Part shown: piece by piece, positions 9,012 to 20,274 of the stretch | How the letters are laid out: each line of letters starts with the position of its first letter | Numbering within the stretch: the first letter of the stretch is position 1 | Assembly: GCF_006345805.1 (NCBI RefSeq) | Contig: NW_021834105.1 | Span: 1 to 26,920, forward strand | Direction of reading: 5' to 3' | Length of the DNA: 26,920 bases | Origin: Octopus sinensis | Lineage: Eukaryota | Notes under the pieces: model-generated | What the model saw: the letters and a program-made list of their open reading frames with translations, nothing else | What the model was told of the DNA's origin: nothing | Database searches by the model: none | Position numbers and translations under genes: made by a program

Positions 9012-11739
9012 TCAATCAAACCAAATACGTTTAAACTCATTCACATCAAAAGAACCATTACATTTGGGACATTTCCTTTTCCTCGTCTGATATAGGTGAG
9101 TCAAGCACTCCAAACAAAACACGTGAAAGCAGGTTGTCAGCACTGCATTCTTCCTATGAATATTACAACACGGACATGTCAGTCTGTCCTAAACATTCCC
9201 TCACATTCTACTACCTTCAGTTCCTTAATCTCATCCAACAACATACTGTCTCCCTCCACTCCCCTCAACTTTGATATCTTGTCCAACTTTCTCTTCAATC
9301 CATCAATCTCCTCCTAACAAAAGTGACAAATCATAACAACCTCATATCTTCTCTCACGGAAATGCCCATCTCTCACCAGTTTACTCTTCTCCTGCAATAA
9401 TCGTTGTGAGTCCTTCAACTGGTCGTAATGTGAGTCAGATATTATTTTGAACTCATCACACTTTTGCAGCACTTCGGAGTATCGACGACCACTCAGCTCA
9501 ATTCGATCATCTCTCAGTCTACACTCAAAATAAGCCTCTTCAACTTGCACTCGCTTTCAAGATTAGTCAATAGTCTTGTTAATGAACTCTCCTTTTCTTC
9601 CAATTGTGAACTAATGTGGATTGTTGTGTCCAACTGATTCCGAAGTAGTCCCTCCTGTTGTCTCCACTCCTCCTTCTCCTTGTTGAGCTCATCAATGACA
9701 TGTCTGTGCTTTATTCTCTTCAATGTTTCATAACAAATTAATACTTCGGCTAACAGTCCCACATAGGCTTGCTCTTTTGCAGTCAACTGGTCTATTAGAA
9801 CTCGATTCCTCTCCTGCATATCTTCTAAAGCTTGGCCTGTCACTTCCATTTCCTGCATTAGAGTATCTTCTTGCTAAAAGTGGCTTCAAATAATCAAGTT
9901 TACCTGTTTGTGCCACGTCAGTTTACGTTTAATGTCTTCGTTGGTAATTCTATGCTGGTTTATACATCTTTGTAGACTCTTTTCGTTCTCACTCGATTCT
10001 TTCAGTCTTCTTATTAGTTCTGAACAAAGGTCCCTAGCCTTGTCCAACTCGCTGATTGTTCCCAATGAATACTATCAATAAACTAATAACTATAAACCTC
10101 AAATTCTTCAAAAATATGTGATTCTGTTCTATAATAATCAGTTAATTAATTGTAATAAAATACCCGGCAAAATCAGGTAGATTGATCTAGTGGTGTTACA
10201 TTAGTAACTAACCTCGTTATTTCTGAGAGTTTCATTTAGTTTAATGTGATATTTATTATTTTTATTCTTCAATTGCTTATTAAAAGCCTGCAGACTATTT
10301 ATAAGATGTCTCATTTCTCTGTGGACGTCATTCGTGTGTTCTTTTATTAAAGCATATTGCTCATTCTCCAGCTTAACCAGTTCTAATTCCTTTTCTTTGC
10401 CTGCTAGTTGTTCAGTCAGTCTAATGATATCCTCCACCTTCTGACTCTCTGATATTTTCTTTCCCGATTTTAAATCATCTTTAATCTGCTGAATTGCTAC
10501 TTTAAGAATATAATTCAATTCGTTGCTTTCTGTCAGTCTGGCCTTCACTCTTGCCAAGTCAGAAATGCAGTGGAAAGCTGTCTTTTCACTGACGACAACT
10601 CGACAGACAAGTCTGGATAGTCCACTCTCTCATTCCCACTCTCCACTAACACAGTCAGCCTGTCAATCTCTTTCTGCATTGTTTTCCAATTCCTGCAGAC
10701 GAGAGTCATTTAAATGTCTAAGATTGTGTTCTTCCAGACGTAGTTTTTGTAGTTCTGTCATATCTTCTGTACTGAGCTGTGGGTTAGTGGGTTCCTGGGG
10801 AGGATTAATGTCCTTTGTCTCTGTGGATATTTTAGAAATGTCTTGCTGTGATTGTTTTAAAGATTCCTCGAGTTTTATTGAATATTTTTCAAGCATGGCA
10901 AATTCATAGTTCAGTTCATCCAATTTCCGTTTATTTTCTGCAGCTGAATTAATTTCAATAGTCAAATTATCATCCGTTTCATTAAGCTATTACGTAATAA
11001 CTCAGTAAGACTAACCTTATAGAATAGTCCACTGTTTTGTTTGTTTACTTTGATCAGTTGGTTGTTTAGACAGACATTTTCATTAGTAAGTTGTGTGACC
11101 AAATCAGCTGAGAGAAGTTTAAGGTTCTCTTGAATAGCACTGTCGGGGGATTCTTTAAGAGTGTTGTAAAACGTGGTTAATTTGTCCAGTTTAGTCACCA
11201 GTCTATGATCTTTGATATATATAGGAAACCCTTCGAAGACCTGATGAAGGATAAGCATTGAAGTATTCGAATATTCAACACGCCTTTGAAATTCCTTCTC
11301 GAGTTCTTCAGTCTCCATTGTCGATATTTTTCTCTGAAACACTTTGAGTGATTCAGTTTCTACAACTAAAAGCAGATGGGTACCATCCGGTGGAATATTC
11401 TCGAAGGAATCACAGTTATAATGTTCAATGAGGCTGCGTACTTCAATATTGTGCTAAGTGTGACTAAGTGGGATTAACTTGGTTCCAATGTCGGTTTATA
11501 AGTGCAAAAAGTGCCTCGTCGGTTTCTCTTCTTTCTTCAAAAACAGCGATTTTGCTTTTTTGTCTAAAGTCTTGATTTTTAGCATATTTGAGGGCTTCAG
11601 AGAGTTTTTGATTTTGAAATCCAAGAATTCGAGATTCCAGTTCTTCCTTGTTATTATTTGAATGTTTATTTAGTACGGAATTAGACGTGCCTTTGAAACT
11701 AGTTCCTTGCAACGTGTCAAAAAATTTATTTTGCCGCAT
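9012..11739 (-). CDS. BRE1: E3 ubiquitin-protein ligase BRE1 (RNF20/RNF40-like histone H2B monoubiquitinase), about 13 exons and about 799 aa after correcting two 1-nt frameshifts
   Basis: N-terminal FQNQKL...[31 protein letters not shown], and C-terminal [29 protein letters not shown]...RKCPKC. Inferred GT-AG introns (plus-strand coordinates): 11454-11478, 11360-11383, 11203-11229, 10987-11015, 10187-10212, 10129-10163, 10072-10097, 9874-9903, 9718-9744, 9519-9544, 9314-9340, 9189-9214. They total 328 nt, leaving 2400 nt. Confidence 0.92.
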
Positions 11740-12004
11740 CACAACTAGAATGAGTTAATTTGAATTGTTAAATAAATATATTCATTATGCAGTGGGGAAA
11801 AATAACTTAAGTTAGTCTAATTTTTTTAACAATTAATATAAAATGTCTTAAATTTCTAATTTCTCTTTTAAACTACAGTATTTAATAGTATTTTCGAAGA
11901 GAAACAAAAAATAAAGAACAACAAGTGAAGATCATTTCCTCTGTCCTTGATTAATTAACATTATGTGGTCTTTTTGTTTGAACTTGTGATGTGGTTTTTT
12001 AAAG

Positions 12005-14850
12005 ATGGAGTCTAAAAAGCACAGGAAACTAACACCTTTTTTGCTACTCTCGTTTAATGTTAAAGGAATCGCTAAATCTTAGAAAAGAACAGCATTGTGC
12101 GAAGATCTGTAAAGATACAAAGTCTCTCTTGGATGTTTACACGAGACAAAACTGCATGGGGGATTAAGAGGAACTGTCGGGCTATCACTTCATCTCATTC
12201 CGAAGTGAATGCAGACACTTTGGCCAAGGATTTGTAATAAAAAGAAATTGAAACCTATGGTTCATCGCTTTTGGAGCATAAATGATCGGATTTGTGTACT
12301 TCAGATTAGCATGAATAAGCTTTGCCCATCTAAAAGCTTACTATCCATTATAAACGTATACCCACCCCACAGTGGATGGATTGAAAAAGACCCCACTGAA
12401 ATAGACTTGTTCTACTTTTGTCTGTCTGAAGCTTATTCTGAACTTGTTCCCTCGTCAATAACTATCATTGCTGGCGACCTTAACGCCAAAGTGGGATTAC
12501 GAAGAAACCCGGATGAAACCTTTATGGGAAAACACGGGAGGGGAATGAGGAACGTGGCAGGAACATTACTTGCCGATTTTTGTCAGGCAAACGGTCTATT
12601 CATTTGCAACACTGCATTCATGCACCCTGCAAGACACAAAACTACTTGGGCTGGGTTTAGGAAGAATTTATCCGGCGAATTTATAAATATTTATAACCAG
12701 ATAGATTATATAATCTGTCGATCTAAAGACAAAGCTCTTTTTACTGACGCAAGATCATATAGTGGGTCAAACATTGACAGTGACCACAAAATGGTCATTG
12801 CAAGAATATCACTGAATAAACATCTAAACAAAACAAATATCAAAGGGAGGCAGGATATCATTAGGAAAAGAAAACTCGACCTAAATGGACTCTCAATACA
12901 ACAAAAGGGAGATAACTTGATACGTATTTGGGAAGTGTGGAAACAAATCAATCATTCCCCAAACTTTGGGGACAAATCCAGGAATCAATACGAGGAGCAG
13001 CGGAGAAACAGCTCATGGACACAGAAATTGTTACCACATCACCAAATGGAACTACTGAGATATCGCTCCTTGTGAAGAAACAAAAATCTATTTGACTACA
13101 ATATTAAAATACGGAGGACAAGCACATCAAAGAAAAACTTGGTCGGGAAAGATCGAATATTAAGAAGATCAAGAAGTCCGTGTCATATATGTCAAGGAAG
13201 GAAGCTGAGATACAGATCAAGGCCAGAGAAGCCTTGAAAGACAATGTAAGATATTATGAGGCGATCAGATTATTACGAGGACGTAAACACAGACAAGCAC
13301 TAATCATAAATGACAAAAATAAAAGACGAATTGCAGATTCCACAGAATTAGCAGGACTAATCGCCGGCCACTTGGAGAAACTGTTTAGATCCAACAGCAA
13401 AGGAATTTATGGATATACCGGGAATCCCATGAAATTGGAGTTGGAAATAACTTCTGCAGAAGTGCAAAGAGCATGTGCTAAGCTCAAAAACAATAAAAGC
13501 CCAGGACCAGACGGACTAGGACCAGAGCTACTCAAATATGGAAGTGAAAAGCTAAATGTCCTCATTGCGGACCTCTTCAACGGAATGTTTAAAAGAAACA
13601 ACCATTTACCCATTGACGAGTGATACTGGTCCCTGTCCAAAAACCGAACAAAGCTAAGGGAAAAGTAAAAAAATCTGAGGCCAGTAATTTTTATGAATAG
13701 AATACGGAAAGTTCTTGCAATCATTAAGCTAGAAAGAATAAAACCTCGCATCGAACTATTTATATCCGCTTTTCACAGCGGATTTCGGGAAGGAAGATCG
13801 ACTTCTGACATCGTGTGGACCCATAGATGGCATTGTTCCGCCATTCAAAGGTTCAAAAATGCGACATACATTCTTGGCATCGATATGTCAATGAATCCCT
13901 TGATGAATCTTCTATCCGGATGATCATGGCACTCTTATCAGAAACCTATCTATCGGTCAGGGTACGAGACAAGTGCTCTAAACCATTGAACAACATCTGG
14001 AACATCTCAAGGGATCCGTTATCTCCTATAAAACTGTTTGCATTGAGAGAACTAAAACCATACTATGAAGGAAACGGATCAATGTGGTGGCATACGCGGA
14101 TGACGTGGATTTTATTTCTTTCTTCCGAAATTGATGCCAAATAGACTTGCTGAGTGGTTCCTCAATGTAAATTTGGAGAAAACAGATTTACTGAACTAGC
14201 AAGACAGAAGTCTAAGCTGGACGAACATTGGAGAAAAGTAAAGAAACTCGGATCTCTATTGGGAGACGAACAAACGTTATTATGCGAAAAACACATGCAA
14301 ACAGTGCATACTACGCAGCTTAAAGGAAAATTGCTAAAACGCAAAGGACTCAGCACAAAACACGGATACGATCATACATTCACTAGTGAAACCATACTTC
14401 TATATAATGCCCGAACTTGGGGACTTTCCGTTACAGACAATGACAACCTAGACTCTTTCCATAGAGATCATCTCCGACGTACTCTACCCTCCAAGTGGCA
14501 TTCAAGGCAGAACAGTTTATCCCAGACATCAAGCAAACCAATCTCATCTCTCGAAATTACCCAATGCAGATGGAGGCTGTTTGGAACATTCTAATGATGG
14601 ATTTGGATGCACCGGAAACGCCCGCTAAGGATGACTATTTTGAAGCTGGGGCCATCGTTTTTGTGGGCGACCAAGAAATACTCTCCTGGGTACGCTGGAT
14701 AGAGACCTAAAGAGAGCTGGTAAAGAATTGAAGAACCGGGACGATCTTGATCCACTACGGGACGTCGCCCAAGATCGCGGGAAATGGAATAAACTAATTA
14801 ATCGTATTGTTTCCTGTGCTGCACAATTTGAATGATTACTAAGTAATAAA
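12005..14850 (+). mobile_element. Degraded APE/RT LINE (RTE-like), copy 1
   Basis: Endonuclease motifs SFNVKG, LHET, IAGDLNAKVG, NQIDYI, DSDH. RT motifs KSPGPDG..PELLKYG, LRPV, HSGFREGRST, GIDMS, AYADDVD-like. C-terminal CRWRLFG and AQDRGKW. Many frameshifts and stops. Confidence 0.9.
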
Positions 14851-14852
14851 AC

Positions 14853-15558
14853 CATCCCCAGTCACAAGTTTATAAATTTGAAATAAATTAGGGTGTAATT
14901 GAGCGCTTTAACCAAACATTGACACGGAGTATGGCTAAACTGATGGATAAAGAAGGAACTAAAAATTGGAAACAATTTTTAGACAAAGTAACTTTTTCTT
15001 ATACTACGACACACCACTCGGCGATCAATGAGACCCCCTTCAAAAAGTTTAGGGGTATTTATGGAATTAACACTGTGATTCATGAAATACCAGGTTATAA
15101 TCTTATTTATAATTTAGATGGAAATAATGAGGCATCGTTTGTCGAAGATGAACTGAATGTATTACGATGTATTTATTTTTAGAAACGAATAATAAAATTT
15201 TTAATTTCACTCATCAAGACATGAATTCATCTTATTTTAAAAGAATGAATAAAAAGATGGGAGTACAAAGGTCAAAGTATGAATTTGAAATAGGGAATGA
15301 GGTATAATTAAATAATAACAGTTTAGGTTCGAATTTTAAAAGATTGTAGGACGAATCCGTCATTGAAGCTACACCGATTTGAATCCCCATATGAAGAAAA
15401 GGGAAAAGTAAAAAATATAATGTCTAATAACAGATTAATGGTTAGTTGTCTTTCCTAACATTTAGATCGAATTACGAAATGAAACCAAGATAGTTACTAT
15501 GAATAGAGTTAAAAATGTTAAGGTTTTTGAATATTTAACAATTATCTTGAGTCAGTAA
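14853..15558 (+). pseudogene. Ginger/gypsy-like integrase (3' half) with up to five 24-25-nt introns
   Basis: HPQSQ|GVIERFNQTL is restored by removing 14868-14891. Further GT-AG introns at 15094-15117 (in-frame, putative), 15159-15182 (needs one extra 1-nt shift), 15302-15326 and 15441-15465. Spliced C-terminus: FEIGNE|VRILKDCRTNP...MSNNRLM|IELRNE. Confidence 0.8.
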
Positions 15559-15699
15559 TTAGTGTCAAACTATGTAGGTCACCTTGGTCGCCAGCGTAGT
15601 TCGCGACACAATAGATGGAATAATAAATTCGCTCAAATATCGCAAAATCCAGAAAGAATGTCTGGTTTATTCGGTCGCTAAATTAAATTTAGACTTTTC

Positions 15700-17910
15700 T
15701 TATGCAACACGGCTTTTGAACGCCCTTCTCGGCATAAATCCACCTGGACGGGAAGTCGACGTGACAAAAATGGGAACTGCGTGCCTATTTATAACCAAAT
15801 TGACTACATCATCTGCCGACAAAAAGATGTATGTCTTCTATTGGACTCTCGCTCTTATGGTGGATCACTCGTTGACAGTGACTACAGGGTGGTTGTCAGC
15901 AGATTCAGTCTGCAGAAATCATACTTACTGAAAAAATCAAATCATCGAATGACTCATACACCGGGCAGATACCTGACGGAAAAACTGGTCTTCTCACCAT
16001 CGACCCGAATCATCTACAAATCATCGATTGAAGAATCACTCAAAAATATGAAGCCTGGACTAACGCCGACTGCCGCTTGGAAAGCTATGTCCAGTGGAAT
16101 CCATCAGGCCGCAGATAAATGTGTTGGAAAACACCCAAAGAACAAGAACACTATCAGATTATGCCATCCGGATGTTTTCGCCCTATCGGCTGAACAATAA
16201 GAGCTCAAGTTGACGATTGAGAACACTACGGATCCGGATACCAAACATGCACTGAAAGCCCGACAAGCAATTATTCAGAAACAAATAAAGCGACTGAATC
16301 TCCAATACGGTCGGGATACTCTGACTTCCCGACTTAAAGAGCTGGAATCTCTCAAGGACAATGCACAAATGTTTCAAGCATTACGGCTGCTCAATAGGAA
16401 GAAAAGCAGCCCCAAACCTCGACTCCTAACCAACAAAGGAACTGAAGTATTTGACCCGGTGGAACAGGTAGTAAGCCTTATAGCGGATTTCTTTAAACAA
16501 CGATTCAACACGAACACGGTGCCGATATCACCTTTCTCTGCCCCAGCACGACCTCTGAGGAATAAAATTACTCTGGATGAAGTTAAAAAGGCAGCTAGCA
16601 GGCTAAAAAACAATCGAGCTGCGGGGCCGGACGACATCAGTGCGGAGCTTTTAAAATACGGACCCGAGTCTCTCTTAAGGAATATAGCGAACATTCTGAA
16701 TGATATGTTTACTGAAAACGACTTACTCCACTCGGATCCGGAATTCTAATCGTATCGGGGACAGAGTGAACACCTTTCTGTCGCCGAACCACAGCGGATT
16801 CAGAGAAGGAAGATCTACCGCAGACGTTCTGTGGGGCTACCGATGGCGATGTGCAACCCACCAAAGATTCAAAAGTGTCGCAATCATCCTGGAGATCTAT
16901 ATGTCGAGAGCTTTCGATAGCATTCACCGAGATCTGCTAATGAAGATCCTGCGGAGCTTCTTAGAAGAGGATGAAACCAGAATGATCCAGGTACTACTGA
17001 CAAACACGGAACTTACTGTCCGCCATGGGAAGACTTTGTCCAGACCCTTTTTAAACAAATGTGGGAACTCCTCAGGGTAATTCCCTTTCACCACTGCTCT
17101 TCGTGATTTACCTCGAAGCTTCCCTACGAGAGCTGAGAAGCCTATACGGTGAGTCAATCACCGAAATTATCTATGCGGATGATGTCGATTTCGTGTCGAG
17201 CGACAGATCAGCACTGGCTAGCCTGCTGGAGATTGCACCAGGAAAACTCGGGGAATGGTCTCTAAAAATGAACCCGGACAAGACGGAAGTGGTTATCACG
17301 CTCAGACACTCAACTTATGGAAACATGGAGACTATCCAAGAAGCTTGACTCACTGCTTGGTGACCGGGAGGACATAATGCGTAGAAAAACCCTGGCTGCT
17401 GTTGCTCTAAAAACTGTTATTAAGAATTGTTTATGACACTGCTCGATGGGCCCATCACTACGCTCTAGAGTCTACAACGCTTTCGTCAAACCTGTACTAC
17501 TTTACAACTCCTCAACATGGGGCATTTCTGATTCAGATTTAAAGAACTTCGATTCTCCACAGAAACTAGCTTCGTTCCCTGAACTACTTACACTGGCCGA
17601 AGAAAATCTGCAACTCGACTATTTACAACATCAGCAACTCGGGGCCAATTAGCCGGGACATCGTCAATTGCTGCTGGAGGCTATTTGGACACATCTTGAG
17701 GATGGATCCAACTTCACCTCCCTACGTGACCATGGAAGAATACTTCCTATCAGATGACGTAAAATTCCGAGGACGACTCAGAACAACCCTACCGGTTGTT
17801 CTGCAAGACGACTTGAGGCATTTAAAGAAAACCCTGAAGACCTGTGATGATCTCGACGAACTTCGGATACTGGCCCAAAACCGCGGAAGCTGGAAATCGT
17901 TGGTACAGAA
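15700..17910 (+). mobile_element. Degraded APE/RT LINE (RTE-like), copy 2, 5'-truncated
   Basis: CNTAF..RHKSTW, IYNQIDYIICR, RAAGPDDISAELLKYG, HSGFREGRST, MSRAFDSI, GTPQGNSLSPLLF, YADDVDF, KPVLLYNSSTW, RGRLRTTLP, AQNRGSW. Related to but diverged from copy 1. Confidence 0.9.
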
Positions 17911-20058
17911 CAGACGTCACCAAACTACGGCCCGCGGGCCGATCCGGCCTGCACACATTTTTATCCGGCCCGCGCACTATTTCGAGCTATTCAATTAATA
18001 CCTTAATAATTAACTTAAATAAAAACTTTAATTAAAAAATTAAACTATTTTTGCAAAGATTTAATTCGAAAAAAACTTATCAGCATTAACGTTAAATTTT
18101 TCTTTGTTGCTATGTCTAATATGAAAAGAAAGGGTGACCGCGAATGCCGTGTATTCAATAAATTAGGGAATTGAAGTATTTTTTTGCGAAAGATGAATTA
18201 AAGCAGAAACTTATGTTTAATATGGCCACGAACATCTCTCTGTTATGAAGGAGTATCACTTCGACGTCATTATGAAACGAATCATGTTCCGATATATTCC
18301 AAGTACACTGGAAAGCTACGTGAGGATAAAGTTGAATCACTGAAACGCACTTTACAAAAATTCAACAAGGCCTTATAAAAAAAAATTTTGAAAATAATGA
18401 AAATGTAACAAGAGCTGGATACGAGATAACGAAAATTATTTCACAACACGGGAAACCCTTTAGTGATGGATTATTGAAGCAGTTAATTGTTGAAGCAGTT
18501 AAATTCTTCCTTATTTGATGGAATAAGTTTGTCGGCGAGTTCTGTATCACGGAGAACTGAAGAGCTTGGAAAAATATATATTTACAAATTTGTGAAAAGA
18601 CAAGTAATATGTTGTGGTATTCTCTTGCATTGGATGAGTCAGTTGACATTTCGGGAACATCGTAACTTCTTATTTTTATTCGTGGAGTTGATGAGAATAT
18701 TTCCATAACTGAAGAACTGGCATCTGTTTGTTCTATTCATGGAACAACCACTGGAAAAGATATTTTTGATGAATTGGAACAAACTATAAGTGACTATAAC
18801 CTTGAATGGGAGAAACTGAGTTGTGTTACGATTGACGGGCAAAGAATATGGCTGGTTCTAAAAAGGGTCTAGTTGGGCAAATAACTAATAAATTGGAGGA
18901 ATTACATATTTCAAACACTTTGTTCATTCATTGCATCCTTCATCAGCACGCACTATGTGCGAAGGCTCTTAATATTTCATGTGTGTTGAATCCAGTTATT
19001 CGCATAATAAACTTTGTTCGAGGGAGCTCACTTAATCACCGTCAGTTTAAAGTTTTACTTGACGATTTTGGATCTGAATATTTTGACTTACCATATTACA
19101 CTGCAGTTAGATGGCTTAGCTGTGGTAATGTATTAAATAGATTTTATAAACTCCGAAGTGAGATTGATATTTTTCTAACCAGTAAAAATAACTATTATCC
19201 CGAATTATCAGATCTTGCTTGGCTATCAAAATTATCATTTTTGGTTGATGTTACAACTCACATGAATGAGCTAAATCTGAAATTACAAGGAAAGGAAAAC
19301 TTAATTTGTGATTTCTACAGGATAATTAAAGCATTTCGACAAAAATTGATGTTATTCGAGTCACAACTTGGAGTACGTCAGTTTTCACACTTTTCTTGTT
19401 TTAAAAGTTTTTGTGAGGCAAACTGTAATGAGATCGACATTACTTTCCAAATTGGGATTATCAAAGAATTAAAACATCATTTTTTACATAAGTTTTCTGA
19501 ACTTGACAAAATTGAAAGCGATATAATTTTGTTCGAAAATCCATTTTCTTGTAATGTTGAAAATGTTCAACATGAATTACAATTAGAAGTTATTGACTTA
19601 CAATCAAATGAACAGCTCAAAGATTGTCACAGACGGACCAAACTCGCTGAGTTCTACGAATATCTCAAGGATGATGAGTTTCCGAGACTAAAGAATTTTG
19701 CGATAAAGATGATTTCTATATTTGGCACAACTTACCAATGTGAGCAAACGTTTTCGAGGATGAAATATGTTAAGTCTGCCCATCGTGCAAGATTGACTGA
19801 CGGACACTTAAAATCAATTCTCATGATAGGATGCAGCAATTTAAAACCAATATTGATGAACTTATCAAAAAAAGATCACAGTTCCATAGCTCTCATTAAA
19901 ATTTTTGTTTACTTTATTTTTGTTTAAATTAGTTTTTATTGTAAAAAACACACTTATGAATTTCTAGTAAAACTATAATCCTATGCACGTGCTCCGGCCC
20001 GCGTTCATTGTGTTGGGGTCAATCCGGCCCGCGAGTGCATAAAGTTTGGTGACCCCTG
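17911..20058 (+). mobile_element. hAT DNA transposon, Buster/SPIN (GTF2IRD2-like) group
   Basis: Termini CAGACGTCACCAAACT and the reverse complement of CAGGGGTCACCAAACT (14/16). Subterminal CGGCCCGCG repeats occur at both ends. Flanking 8-mers GTACAGAA and GTCTAGAC match at only 5/8. Confidence 0.88.
18112..19927 (+). pseudogene. hAT transposase; 5' half frameshifted, 3' 359 aa open (18848-19927)
   Basis: KRKGDRECRVF..., RRHYETNH zinc finger, ALDESVD, VTIDG, HCILHQHALC, VRWLS, LNLKLQGK, and hAT dimerisation motif FGTTYQCEQTFSRM...RLTD. Confidence 0.9.
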
Positions 20059-20066
20059 GTCTAGAC

Positions 20067-20234
20067 AATGAACCAGAAATGGAGATCGTTGCTAAAAGTT
20101 TGCATGACTTCTCGCATGGAGGAGTTAACAAAATTGAATATGAATTTCGACAACGATATTTTACAGTTAAAAATGAGATTATTCGAAAAGTCATTCGAAA
20201 CTGTGAAATTTGTAAATTTGCGCGACCCTTAAAA
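20067..20234 (+). pseudogene. Integrase N-terminal HHCC zinc-binding fragment (Ginger/gypsy-like)
   Basis: LHDFSHGGVNK...RYF...IRNCEICKFARPLK, an H-x3-H ... C-x2-C pattern. Confidence 0.7.
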
Positions 20235-20274
20235 GTTTTAACTTTTTTAAATCCTAGATTGGAGATATAAATAA

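Noticed and set aside
10560-10685. TGA readthrough to keep BRE1 in one frame
   Set aside because: The two-TGA frame gives a non-coiled-coil sequence, the shifted frame matches homologs better, and TGA is the gene's true stop.
5175-11739. Ciliate source (Paramecium has similarly short introns) or a variant genetic code
   Set aside because: BRE1 exons and the Tc1 ORF contain no in-frame TAA/TAG, the Tc1 ORF ends in TAA and BRE1 in TGA, and the BRE1 motifs look metazoan.
14853-15558. LTR (Ty3/gypsy) retrotransposon call for the integrase fragments
   Set aside because: No LTRs, gag, protease, RT or RNase H are adjacent, and multiple introns argue against an RNA intermediate.
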